Shown here: positions 36,868 to 50,752 of the stretch, one piece after another
Position numbering within the stretch: position 1 is the first letter of the stretch
How the letters are laid out: each line of letters opens with the position of its first letter
From: Azolla caroliniana
Taxonomy: Eukaryota > Plantae > Polypodiophyta
Direction: 5' to 3'
DNA: 64,000 bases
NCBI GenBank assembly: GCA_043228905.1
Contig: JBHGNT010000022.1
Location: forward strand, 5,022,001-5,086,000
The notes under the pieces: generated by a model
What the model saw: the letters and a program-made list of their open reading frames with translations, nothing else
Told to the model about the DNA's origin: nothing
The model's database searches: none
Made by a program: the position numbers and the translations under genes

Positions 36868-39800
36868 TCACAACCTTTTCAAACTCTTCTTTTTCCTCAC
36901 CTCGAGTTTCTTCTTGTCAAGAGCTGGTTTAATGGAACTTATCTCTCCTTCCCCTTTCTTTGGGTACACGTTAGAAGGACTTAAAACATGTGAGTCCACA
37001 ATGTTATGTCCTCCATCTATGTTTCCATCTCCTTTGTGCAGTATATTTCCCGAATGAGGAATGGCCTCTGACACCCGACTATCATTGGTCCCAGCATTGA
37101 TAGTTGTTGATTCCGTTATAACAACCTTGCTCTTGACTTTGGGCTTCATCGCATGTATGCTAGTCATTAATCTGGAAAAAAACTATGACAATTAATGACA
37201 TTCATTGTGTAGCTATGTCTTGTGTGTGTGTATATCTGTATCTGCTGTGTAGACATGTAAGCTATATATGGATATAATGTATGTCTACATATGTATATAC
37301 ATGTGTATGCATTTATATTTATGTCTATATATGTGGTTATCTATGTACTGTACGTATGAAGTAGGGACATTAATTAGTAAGCCAATCCCCAAGACATGGT
37401 AACAAACAATTTTACTCTAAGAATTACAGGGAAGTCTTTTTATTACCTTGCATGTTTCGCATATCCTTCATAATCTTCCATCAGCATCTTTCCAGCCTCT
37501 TCATTGAGAGCTGACTCGGGGAAAGGTTCAATAAGCAAACATCTCACTACCTGTTCAAGACATTTGAAACATAAATCCATTTAACCTATTTCTGGAGTGT
37601 AATAGGTAACAAGATATCCATTCTCCTTTTTCATCATGCTCCACCTTCTTTGGGATTTACTCACCAAGAGAACATGTCTCAATCCAAGAGTTGGTTTCCA
37701 GTCTTTCTTCAATGTATTGACGCATATTTCTCCATTTTTCGCAATGTTTGGATGAAAGATTTTAGTTATAAAGTAGCCTACATAAGAATATATATATTTA
37801 GCATTGTGCAAACAAGTAAGAAATCATGATTCACTTTCATATCTATATGGCTAAACCCATATAGATATGTAAATCTCTCATTGTTGAAAAAATCATTTCT
37901 ATTTGTAGCATGTGTGCATTCAAAACTATTGGATCACCTTACAATCTCACAAGATTACCAGTCCCATTTTGTAATGCATTTGTGAGGTGTTCCCCACAGT
38001 TAAACACAAACAATCCAAATGGTTTTGAATAACTATCACTTATAGAAACTTACATTAATAAATATACTGTGACGAGAATGGCTCTTTCTCACTAATTAAA
38101 ACCCTGGAATAAAACTAGTTGATAATGATTGTTGATGTTTTAGAAAAGAAACTCACAAAATAGAACATTACCTTTCGGAGGTGTGAGAGGAAAATCTTGG
38201 CTAAGTATCAGCTTCATACGAAAGACTCCGCCCTCATATGGTGTTCCAACTACGTTTCAAAATCAAAACTTCAGAAAATTACTTTATCTCATCAAATTAA
38301 TGAAGAATGTGATACCAGAGCCTAACCAGTTGTCAATCAATTAATGACAATTTACTTCATTCCTTTCAAAGGAATGAAACTGATAGCGATGACCAAACAG
38401 TTCAAGCACAATTTATGACACTGAAATCCCAGAAATAAACTTATGACAATTTACTTCATACCTTTGAGAGGAAGAAAGTGATAGCAATGCTGAAATAAAT
38501 CGAGCACAATTGATGGCCGCAAAATCCATCAATCAAAAAATATGTAATTTTACTTCATAAATGTTATAGGAAGAAAGTGATAGCAATGCCCAATATATAT
38601 AACCCATAGCAACATTGACAAACGAATACATAAAATTAGAAAGAAGAAAGAGAAAATTATGAATTCATGAATTCAAAGGTTGAAAGTGATAGAAATGAGC
38701 TCACATGGACCCTCAATATCTGCGAAAATCATCGAGAAGTTATCATCGTTAACTAGGACTCGAATGTCATCAGGAGGGCTCTCATCGAGGCTTTTCAGCT
38801 CTCGTGCTAATTCCTTGATGACTCTTGGCGGAAGGTTCTCGTTTGTTGCCTACATAACCCCAGAAAATAAACATTGTGTTGAATATTCTCATGCAATTTT
38901 GAATGAACACATGGTTAAAAGTGATCAATGATGCTTGAGAGGGGGTAATTTTAAATGCCATTATGATATTAGCCATTTTAGAGGAATGTGATACAGGCTC
39001 ATGGAAAGTTATATGTCTTACAGAATGCTCACATAAACATACTTTTTACCAAAGATTTAATGGCAATATTAAACTCTAAATCTTGAGGTTAATGAATGAA
39101 GGATACGACAATATCAACTATACTAAAGCAAGCTGAAATATAAACTTACACATTGTTCTTTCTTAGTATTGAATGACCATATGAGACATATGAAATCTAG
39201 ATCAAAGTCAACTAAATCTTGCCAGGTTTTTTTCATTGTTTTCTCAGGGATGAATGACATATTAAACATAATAAAGGTAGCTCAAATATTTTGTTCTGGG
39301 GCATATATGGCATAGGAAGAAAGAGAAGACTGTCATAAATGCATACACATGTAGTTCCTATGAAAACGATAAGTCAATAATAAAATATCCACAAAAATAG
39401 AAATTTGGGGTTTGTTCTGTATTCTTTCTCAGGAATGAATGACAGCAAGAGACAAACAAGAACTGGCTCAAATTTCTAAATCTAGAGGTGTCTTTCATTG
39501 TTTTCTCACTAACGAATGACCATATGAAGCATCATAAAACTAGCTAAGATGCCTAAACCTAATGGCTTTTTAGGACTGAAAGACCATATGAAACATCTCG
39601 AGACTTTTAGAACTATTCCCAAATCTGACATTCTTTCTTTCTCGACACTGGATGAGCCTATAAGACATACAAAAACAAGCTCGAATGACTGAATCTAGAG
39701 TTAAATTTCGATTGACCACATCATGATTACTACCTTAGAAGACCCACGTCAAGAACAGTACGATCCATATGAACGAAACTAAACGCCATGCTAATGACAG

Positions 39801-39870
39801 TGATGTTAAAAACAATCCACGATGAAAGAAAACGGTAGATCGATCCAATATACAACATTGAACATACCAT
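36868..39870 (-). CDS. UBC22: Ubiquitin-conjugating enzyme E2, UBC22/UBE2S-like, ~248 aa, 6 coding exons
   Basis: Exons 39870-39868 (ATG only), 38849-38705, 38249-38172, 37777-37665, 37550-37447, 37171-36868; all GT-AG and in frame. MATNENLPP..., [20 protein letters not shown], basic C-terminus KKKSLKRL. Confidence 0.93.
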
Positions 39871-40365
39871 GGATAAAGAAGGAGAAGAAAAGGAAGAAGA
39901 AGATCGTTTGTTGGGCTGTTGTTAAGGAAGATAGAAGCTTTATCTCTGTGGTGAAAGAAGGCGGTTCTATGAAGGAGAGGCCATGGCGCCCTTGGGGGAG
40001 TAGCAGAAAGCATTCATTCACAGTCAGGAGAGAGGGGAGGAGAATCTGGGACCTGGGTTTTGTCCAGCTTCGCAGAAGACGAGGTGGGCTGTGCTCAGAA
40101 AAAGCTAAAAGCGGTGGTGGTCTATGATTGATGAATGATGAATGAGAGACTCAGAGTCTCTCTGTCTTCAGAGACAGACAGAGAATGAAATGAAATGCAA
40201 ATGAATTTACATGTAGCCGTTTCCAGTGTCCACAACACACACACATATACATACATAATGAGAAGAAGAAAGAAAGAAAGAAAGACCTTCCTTTCTTGGC
40301 AATCACTTCACATTTTCTTCCTTCTTAGTAGTAGTGTAGTTTACCTGAGGAAAAGAAGAGGAACA

Positions 40366-40550
40366 ACCTAGATGGATGTAGCTCAGTTGGTAAGGTTGCC
40401 CAATGGAGACCAAGTGGTCACGGGTTCAACCCCTAGATTCCACAATGGCATCTAGTGAAATAGAGATATATATGAAGTATATATATAATAGAGAGGTGAG
40501 GAAATTGGGTTTCGACTTACCACTAGGGTATAAGCTAATTACGAAAAATA
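40366..40550 (+). mobile_element. tRNA-derived SINE (~185 bp) upstream of UBC22
   Basis: 15-bp TSD AAAAGAAGAGGAACA (40351-40365 / 40551-40565); A box TAGCTCAGTTGG (40379-40390); B box GGTTCAACCCC (40423-40433). Confidence 0.85.
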
Positions 40551-43339
40551 AAAAGAAGAGGAACAGGAACAGGAGAGAAAGCATCCTCGCCTCGCCCTGA
40601 GCCAAAGCCAAAGGCCGGGAAAAAAAGAAGTGTGAAAGGGCCGAAGGCCGAAATCATTATGCATTGCCAAATTATTTAGATTTTAATGTAAATAGATAAT
40701 AGTAGATCCGGAACTATGTGTCTAATGCTTCCATGCTTTCCTATAAAAAAGGGGCATGTTCATTACAAGAACCATGCTTAGTAGAAAGATATTTATTGAA
40801 TGTATAGTGTCGGTGTTGTATCTGTGTTTGTGTTGTACTTTGATTCTACAGAAAACGTTCTGTGTTGTTTCTAGTCGATTCAACCATTGACCTGCCTACT
40901 GTGTTACAAAGGAGTAACAATCCCTATGATTGCTTTGCTACAAAGAGTCGGTCGTATTTGGTTTGATGATGCCTTTCGGCTCACCTGACCTTGCCTACAT
41001 TGTGCTTTTAACACGGTTCTCGGCGAGGCATCAACTCCCTACGTGTCATCGATGCCTCAAATGTTATGAATCACTCCTTTCTAAATTGTTGTCCCCTGGC
41101 ATCGTTTGCAATTGGAATTGTGCTAAATGTGAAACCGTCTTTTATGCTTTTGGATTCTACCCAAACATGGATGGGTTGATTGATGCATTGTTTCTAACTT
41201 CAAGTTTAGCATAGGAAGGATGGGTTTGATCTCTCTCTCTCTCCCTCCCTCCCTCCCTCTTATGGCCTCATCTTTTGAGTTTGCCCTTTTCACATTGTTG
41301 CAGTCTCACTGGGTTGGCGAATGTAGCATTTGTTCGTAATTGAGAAGATGTACCCTCTACATCCACTCGTATATGTTGTTCAATTGTTTGTGGAGCTATT
41401 AGTAGGTCGATTCACACAATAGCATATATTAGTTGAAGAAACATGCTTGTTCAATCTGAACTCTTGCACATAAAAAGGATTTAGGTAGAAAAATGAATGA
41501 AACTTTTAACCTCTTGTCATATCATTTTTGTGTCCAGGCAACACTCATAATAGGAAACCCCTACTTGGTGGAAATATTGTCACTCTTTGTTGTGATTGGT
41601 TGTTTCAAGTTAGAGAGATTATTGGATGAGCTAATAGATTTAAAGTACATGATATGATGCCAGCATGCCATACTCCCAACTGCATGAAGGTGCATGATAT
41701 GCAATATCCAGCTATGACTATGATGCTTAAGTACATAAGGATCTTGGCCCTCAAAATTGTGGAGACCCTTTTTGAACAATTAGTTTTTGTCTTCCCTTGA
41801 TGTTGAAACGCAAACTAGGTGTGAAAGAGATTAAACCATAAAATAAGATAACACATTAGATTTCAACATTTGTGTGAGAAGTAGACAACCAAAGAGTGTG
41901 ACCAAGCATATACTAAACCATTTGAGATTGTGATTGAAAATAACATACTTTGAAATTCAAGGATGTGTCCCTTTATTATCCATTCAAAACGTCATCTTTG
42001 TAGTTCGTAAAAGTTAATCATATATAACATTTTGATTCTCTATTTGCAATTCAGTTGTTATTCTTGAGAGTAGAATCTAATGAAAGCAGCACCACACCAA
42101 GAAAACCATTTTCTTCGATGTCACAAGAATGATTAAACTTGTGTACATTTGTAACATTTTTACTAAAGGGAATGTTTACCTGACATACCAAATAATCAGT
42201 CAGTTGAAGGACCAACTATGCGTTTTAAGCCATTAGAATTTAGGCCCCATTCAAACATTTCCACCTCTCTATTTTTGTGGCCATTTCATGAACATGATCA
42301 GATATGCACATGCACTCTCTATCTTAGGTTCGAATCAAGAGGTCTAATAAAACCATTTACCCTGGATGCCTAGTTGGAAATTGTCAACATAAATAACACT
42401 TGTTAGACCATTCATGAGATGTTGTATACACTCTCTTTTCAATGCATATAATTTTGTGTCACTTTCCAATTTTCACAAATCTTGATGTTAATATATATGT
42501 ATGTTCAAGTGCATATCCACTTGTTTGTAAACCGAGAAGGTGTGCATGAATGCAAATGTGAATGTATACATGTGTGTATATGCATGTGTAATTGCATGTC
42601 TATGAGTTCAGGCACACATGTATCCATGTGTATAGTTTTTGAGGAGTCGTACCAACATTATTTAAGACATAATTTAGGCCATGTAGTGTTGATATTGGTG
42701 TCTTTGAGAGTTAATTGTAGCTTAGCGTGACAACATAGGCATAAGGACAATGTACGTTGTAAACATACCACCGTTATTTGATGATAATATTACTCACAAG
42801 AATATCAAGGAACATATAGACACTAATGATAGTTAACAATACTTACGAACCCCTTAATTAATTTCATGGTAGAGAGTGATATACTTAAGAATGGGCAAAA
42901 GTCTTAGTCACGGAGAGATAATACACTTAGGGTTGCTTCACAATTACCACCACATTTCTAGAGCTAAATTGTAGGTTTTATATGTTCTTGAGGGAGTTGC
43001 TTATAAACTTTGCTTGCCCATCTTTAAAGTAATTATTTGCCTCTTCCCTAAGCAAATATGGGTTGATAAACTGAATATACACATTGCAAACCAATGGGAG
43101 GACAAAAAGATAACATGTACTTTAATCATATACAATACATATATATAGCTCTCTTCCCAAGGGATGCGACTTTGCGAATATGTATACAAAAGAATCCAAT
43201 GAAGTAAGAGTTAAAAGACATGTAACTTTTATTCAAATAAACATAAAAAACGTTACAAGCCTTGTTTAATATGTGATATTGAAATTGCATTTTTAATCAC
43301 ATCAAATGCTCTAATAGAGAGAAATTCATATATCCCTTC

Positions 43340-44090
43340 TCTATCGTCAGTTTTACATGTTCTCCATTATGCGAACAAGCAAGGGTTACATATTAAAGTG
43401 GAATTTTAAAAATCCAACCGACATAGTTTGAGTTGGGTTACTTGGAACATTATTGATGGGAACCGCACTAGGAGTGATTGCACTGTTGTTAGAGAAGAAG
43501 TCCCCTGTACTAGATAACTTTGATACCTTTATCAACGAATTCCAATGTAGTTTTGGTGATACAGATAATGTAAGAACATTGATAAACAAGATCCAAAGAT
43601 TGTGTCAAGGAGATTGGCTTGCCTTAGCTTATGCAACAATTTTTCGTCTTCTTGCTTTGTGATATCCCTTGGGATGAAGCTACATTAATGGACTTATTCC
43701 GAAATGGTTTGTATAATGATGTTAAATACTTGCTTTCGACATTTCACGATGAACCTAAATAATTGATAGAAGCTATTAGTAATATAGCTCGATGTGACAA
43801 TCGTTTGTTTGAGCAACAGTTTGAGTGCCACCAAATGTCGACATGCCTTAAATTTGAGCAGACATATGCATTAGCATTAGCCTCACCAACTTTAGGACCA
43901 ATGCAAGTTCCCAATCCTATTTATTTTGGTGGGCTTAGTCCAAAGGTGATTGATGCAACACGTCCCTGAGGACCGAGGTCCTTTGTCTGAAGCAGAGAAA
44001 CAAAGATGTCGAGCAAATTGACTCTACATGTATTGTGGTGGTCCAGGACATATGGCAATACATTGTCCACATAGACCAAAGAGACAATTA
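43340..44090 (+). pseudogene. Ty3/gypsy gag relic (Tcn1/Tf2-like)
   Basis: GTLLMGTAL...LLEKKSPVLDNF, WDEATLMDLFRNGL, RCDNRLFE, and zinc knuckle MYCGGPGHMAIHC. Confidence 0.75.
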
Positions 44091-44375
44091 AATAAAGTAA
44101 GTATTGTTGAGAATTTAGATTGGTTGAAGTCAATGAACCAAGAACTCTTGTGAGCAGCCCTTAGTCCAAAGGTTTTGATGTTCTTAAGCCAGTTGGATGA
44201 CCTATTAAACAAATAAGTCCAGCCCAAAATCAGAACCATTTGGTTGGACAAACCAAAGCATATAGAAGTTGTTGCGAGCACGAGTAAGTTCCATTTCGTC
44301 GAACCAACTTAGTAAAATTTTCGTAGCACAACTTCAACCCGGGATGTCATCAAGTTATTGCACCTGTGATCTATG

Positions 44376-44728
<353 letters not shown>

Positions 44729-44900
44729 GGGGGTCGGGTGCTTATGAATGTTTTTCCATAGAATCAAATCACACAATCACTTTTGTTGCAGATTCATGAA
44801 CATGCAGTCTTAGAAGGTTCCATCATCCATGGAGATCTTCTCTTCACCTTGTTTTGTGTAGAAGCAGAAGAAGAAGAAAAAGAAGAAGAAGAAGAAGAAG

Positions 44901-47900
44901 ATGATGATGATGGAGATGCTACCTACACAGAGAGATGGAGAAACTCAACCTTTCTTTCCATCCTCCTCCTCCTCATCTTCGTCTGTTTTCATTTCTCCCC
45001 CAACAGTCTCATCCCCACCACCACCACCACCACCACCTATAACTGCAAGTACTTCTTCATCTATCAGAAGGTCCTTCTATCACAGATCTATTCGATGGAG
45101 GAGGCTGTTGAAATGGATGTGGAGAGATGTGGCTTTTCTATTCGTGGGTCTTTTATTAGGGTTCCTGATCTTCAAGCTCACCATTGGGCCTGTGGAAGAA
45201 GGAAAAAAAGGCCAGAAGGATGCTCTTGAATCTGCTCTTGATTTCTTTGTTATAGGTGATTGGGGCAGAAGAGGTCTTTACAATCAGTCTCAAGTAGCCA
45301 TCCAGGTATACTTATTAATCCATTGTCCTGTTCATTTAACTCTATATACAGGAAAAACTAGGAAAACTCTGTAGGAGCAATAGAATATCATGGGGCTGCC
45401 TTAACATAACATGATTCAGCAAAACGGCTAAATTTCCGATTCAGTATCATGCGGGAGAAACCCTAAGATAGCATAAAATTTACAAGAAAACTCTAAAAAC
45501 ATTCAGCACACAGTTAATATTAAGCCATAGAAGTTCTGAATAGCATCATGTCGGAAAAACTGTATATTAACATGTTAAATAAAACCGAAATAACAACACA
45601 CCTTGGAAACCCTAAATGACTGACATGCTAAAGAAACCATAACTAGAAACATGCTGTGAAAATCCTGTATTGCTGTGCTTCCATAAACCAAAAACTTACA
45701 ATCCAAATAACAACTTACTGCAAAACCGTATGGATGTTTTCTAAGTCAATAAAAAATGATATAAGGTACTCTAGAATTTTTCATCCACAATAAAAGTACT
45801 ACCCACGTATGCATCCATCAGAAATTTTATAAATTTCCCACCATGAATCTCACATCTGTGCGGATAAAAGTCTGAATATTATGAGGTGACCCTCCACATA
45901 TCTAGAACAAGGGAAACATGAAGAAAAAGTGGGCTGGAACTTGTACATACCCTGAACTATATATAACATGCTGAAATGTGGTTTGGATCTTGTCCCCCAA
46001 GACTGTGAACTGTCCATTGAGCTAGATGAATTGTCCCCCAGCAAAGGGATGATAGAGAGATTTTAATTGTTCTCAAGGATAGGTGAATTGCCTGCCATTT
46101 TGATCGTAGTATGGACTTCCTAGTATGGCGTCCTAAAAAGAAGGAAGAGTATGCACCTTCTACCATGATCTGTGACCATTTTCATGAACTCTTTCACACA
46201 TGATCCAACATACCTAACCTAGGTATGATCTACTTCGGTTGCATTAGCTCATAATGTATGAATAATGTATGGAAGCATGAGGGAAAGTGAACTCGTTCAT
46301 TCATGGTTCGGTGGGTGGGGAGGCAAGTTGCAATCCCCCCATGATACCTATCAGGGTATGTTCTGTTTTTCTTGGAAGAGCTCATCATGTCGAACAATGT
46401 AGGGAATTATTAGGGCATGTATGCGCTTCACAAGTGAGAAAGTGGTCTAAATATGCGTGTTATTTATAACAATGCTCCCCTTATGGTCTTGTTGGAATTG
46501 CTTTTTTCACACATGGAAAAAATGTCTGAAACTAGCTCAAATTTCTTCTAAATGTAACAATACTGTGGCATACATTTCTTCTAAAATGTTCATGGTTTTT
46601 ATTTATTATTTATTTATCTTTAATCAGATGGGCCGAATTGGAGGAAAGCTCAGTCCTGAATTTGTTATCTCTGCCGGTGATAACTTCTACCCTACTGGGC
46701 TCAAAGGAACCGATGACCCGGATTTCACAACTTCCTTCACCAATGTCTACATTGCCGCTAGCTTGCAGATACCTTGGTATGCAGGTTTGATCTATAGCTT
46801 TTGTTTCTTTTCTTTAAGTCCAAACTCCTCTTTAACTGGCATGATCTGATCTTGATCAGAACAAAGTAATTGACTAGACTATTGATGATTTAGCAATGAA
46901 TAATACATAGAAGGCTAGGAGATTGATTCTCCAGTGTTCACCGAGGAAGATTGACCTTCAGGAGTGGAGGAAAAAGGAATAGGGTAAGACCAATGGAAAA
47001 TACACAAGATTTTTCAGAATAGTAGCTAGGTTTTTATATATCCCTAAACTCTAGGTGTAAATTCCAGACCTAACCTATCCAGATATTGTTAATGGAGAAG
47101 CCATCTACCTGCCAATGTGCCTGCTTGTAGGTGTATATTGACTCCATAAATTTTCATCAACATGCGAATCAGCATATCTAGAGTCGAAGTTTATGCTTGA
47201 CTCCTGAATGTATAGCCATGCACATGCTAATTGGCTTTTCTCGGGCATGTCTATTGACTCCTAATTAAGCATATATGTTTGCATCGAATAATCTGGTAAG
47301 ATTAATGGCCCATAGAAAATTCACTAGGCTGTATACATGAGATTAAAGTAATCTTTCTAGGCACGCACAGACTCTCTGATGTGAACCTGATTCCTAAAAT
47401 CTGTTTTTGACATAATCAAATATGTGATCAATTAAGTGACAAATGGTTCATTACTTTTGCTGTGTTCACAGATGTAACCTTTAAGGAGTCAATAATAAAA
47501 TATAAATGTAGAGATAAACCCATGGGCATTCTGATACTGATGTTTTAGATTGAGGCTGTGCAATGACAAAACTATACACATGATACTTCTAACCTGATTA
47601 AGGTTATGTGTATACACATAACTTTTTGTTGATTTTACCATCTCAATTGCATTTTTCATATCCAAAGATTGCAGTCTCCAACATGCCACAATATGTGAAT
47701 CACATTGTTACATTGTGGATATTACTTAAAGAACATAAAAGATATAGTTGGTTGCTGATTTGTTTCACAAAATAACAGTTTTAGGAAATCATGATTATAT
47801 GGGAGATGCTATTGCTCAATTCAGCAGTGATCTTGTGAGTCGAGATTGGAGGTGGTATTGTAAAAGGGATTATGATATACATCGATCACTCTGTTGGGAC

Positions 47901-48818
47901 AATAAAAGTAAGCTACTAAATATTTTCGACTTCCTTATTATTGATTCAATCATCTCACATGTTTTTTGCTATATATAATAGACCCATGCAAATCATCTGT
48001 GGATTTTTTCTTCATTGACACAACCACTTTTGTGGATGAATATTGGGGTCCAAGTCCGGGACATGTGTTTGATTGGAGAGGATTAACTCCTCGAGAAAAT
48101 CAGTTGAAGTCCCAATTGGAGGTGAGGGTTCAAGACAAGGTTACCTCTAGGATAGACATAGTGCATTTTTTTAATGGGGTTACGACAATAGATAATGTGT
48201 TAACTTTTTCCCTCAAATATTTTATTTGGATAGAATTTGGCTCGGAAGTTGTCGAAATCAACTGCCACATGGAAGGTTGTGATAGGTCATCACACTATCC
48301 GAAGCGTAGGTCATCATGGAGATACCGAGGAGCTTGTAGATAAACTGTTGCCCTTACTAGAGGTACAGCTGTATGACCCTTTTCTTGTTAGCAACTTGAT
48401 GTATAATGAGCTCATAAATTTCTTGTTGTTTTGTTCTTCATATAGAGGTACAAGGTTGATTTATATTTTAATGGGCATGATCACAATCTCCAACATATTA
48501 AACGCTCTGAAAGGTTCCTATCATGTGATCTTTTGGCCCATATTTGTCAAAATGTTGATTGAATAAAAAGGATTTTTAAAAATGACACTAATGCGTGGTT
48601 TGGTTGCTCATTAAATGTATAGCTCTGTTCATTTTTTCACCAGTGGAGGTGGTTCAAAGGCTTTTAAGGGATTGGGACGATTTGGTAAAGACGCGGGAGT
48701 ACAGTTTGTGTTCGATGGACAAGGTTTTCTCGCCGTTTCAATGAGGGTAGAATCAGTATTATTAAACTTCTATGATGTATTTGGCAATGCCATTTATTCA
48801 TATACTCTTAAACGGTAG
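44901..48818 (+). CDS. Purple acid phosphatase, small ACP5-like type (PAP3/7/8/17 group), ~407 aa, 7 exons
   Basis: Exons 44901-45305, 46628-46784, 47779-47907, 47982-48121, 48234-48362, 48446-48513, 48623-48818; GT-AG and in frame. Metal motifs GDWG, GDNFY, GNHDY, VIGHH, GHDH, plus TSGGGSKA. Confidence 0.93.
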
Positions 48819-50301
48819 CGCTCTCATGAGTATTTTTTTCGAGCGTAAGGTATATTTTGTTTTATAAGAGTGTTGAAAAGGGCATCATCAAACTCTCAAC
48901 ACATTGTACACAATCAAAGCATCATAAAATTTTGATAACACATGATGCATTCATGTAAAAGAAAAGCTTGTATTGGTGAACAATTTGTACACATGAACAT
49001 GAAGTTTTGTAAGTGAAGTTTTTCTTGTTATGGAACAGCAAGAAATCATTGAGAAAAAGCTCATAGAAGTGTCGTGAAATGAAAAACAAGTGAAGTTGAA
49101 AATTACTGCTCAGCTTGAATTTGTGCATTGGATGGAGTTTAGTGAGGATAGTAAGTTTGCACATCCATAATTCTTGTTGGACATGTGAATTAATCTCCAT
49201 AGTGATGTTTGATAATGTTAAACTTGTCTCCATGTATCTCTTGGCTCTTGAACACTTTACTTTTTCAAATACATGTGGAACTTTCATTTGGAAGGTGTTT
49301 TACTCCCCAAGGAAAATGAACCCTTGTTCTATTTTATCTGCTCATTTAATTTTATGTTATTGTACAATGCCTTTTGTTATTCTTTCATGTAGTACTCTTT
49401 TACTAGAACGTAGAAGTAATATATTACAGTTGTGATGGGATGTAGGAACTCGTGAGTATTTGCATGAGGTTTATGCTAGTAATGGTTATTGGATTGTGGT
49501 TTGACTCATTTTTTCTTTGTAAAAGATGCCTTTCATTACGAAAGATAAAACACCATCATGGTACAATAAAGTATAGAACTCTAGGGATCTAAATATTGCT
49601 ACTACGAATGCAATTCCACCCAACAAACCATCTCAAATGCTAAATGTGATGATATGGTTGACTCTCTTCATGGTTGAGATTTTGTGACTTATCTAATATT
49701 GTCAATTGTCATAGAAGAAGTCCGTTGAACCTTGTAACAAATTTTTAACTCCTAGCTTACAAATCAAAAGTGAAGGCATTCTGCATATTTCAATTGAACT
49801 ACATGCCCTTGCACCTCAAGCACTCGAAAAGAATTTGGGAATGAGGCATCACTTCATTTTTCTCCATATGTGCAAAAATAGACAGGGGCTAATTGGACCC
49901 CTAAGACATGCTGGATTTTAAAGATGGATCTCAAACCAAGGTTCCCACGCCAATTGGAGGATAGATTCAGTGTATCTATGTGGAAGGCGTGGTGTGACAT
50001 AAAGAGCTCAAGTGCGCGGTCAACCTAACATTGAACTTGCCTAGCTCAATCAATGTATCTTGTGGAACCCATGTATCTGAGATGAATCCGGTAAACTAAT
50101 TGGATCAAGTAAAGGGTTGTCATGGGGAAGCATCACAGAAGGTCCAACAAAGAGTATAGAATGTGGGTGGATGGACTATGAGATCTAAAATTGTGAACAT
50201 TCTATTGCTTAGGGAAGTTGCTAGTCCAAGGAAGGCAATGGACAAGTGGATAGGGAACGAGGAGGAGGATTCTTTGATTCCAAGAGGTAGGAAAACAACC
50301 A

Positions 50302-50517
50302 TTCGCCGATGAAAGTGGCAGGTTTAGAATGTAGTGAGACAGTTCGGTTCCTATTGACAGTTGGTTTGCCGAGAATCGCGAGACGCTTACCCTAGTACAG
50401 AGGACTACAACGTATGGTGTTCGGTTGTTGTGTCAACAACAACACTGGGTAGCTAAGTTGGTAGGGAAGAACAACTGAAAGCATCTAAGGAGGAAATCCT
50501 TCTCTAGGCAAGTTCTC
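50302..50517 (+). pseudogene. rrn26: Degenerate mitochondrial 26S rRNA fragment (NUMT)
   Basis: LSU 3' motifs gtttagaa..gtgagacagttcggttcctat, sarcin-ricin-like ccctagtac.gaggac, agctaagttggta.ggaagaac, ctgaaagcatctaag; recalled as plant-mitochondrial type. Confidence 0.75.
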
Positions 50518-50752
50518 CTACCAAGCGAGAGAACATCACTTCGGCAGGGTAACTCTACTCCAAAGGTTTCTGAATAACTCTAGTTGGGAAACTCCGGCCT
50601 GTTTGTCCCGTACCACACTTCATAATACAGACAACTCTTAACTCCATAAGAAGCATCGTAAGAAGTACCCTACCGAAACGGCTTCCACCGATCACAAACT
50701 CATGATTACATAGACTTGTGTTTACATAGTCCAATATACTTGGACACAAGTT

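Noticed and set aside
40366-40455. Possible tRNA gene
   Set aside because: Acceptor and anticodon stems do not form, and the flanking TSD and tail indicate a SINE.
42700-43300. Possible LTR of the gag relic at 43340
   Set aside because: No partner repeat, PBS or clear termini found.
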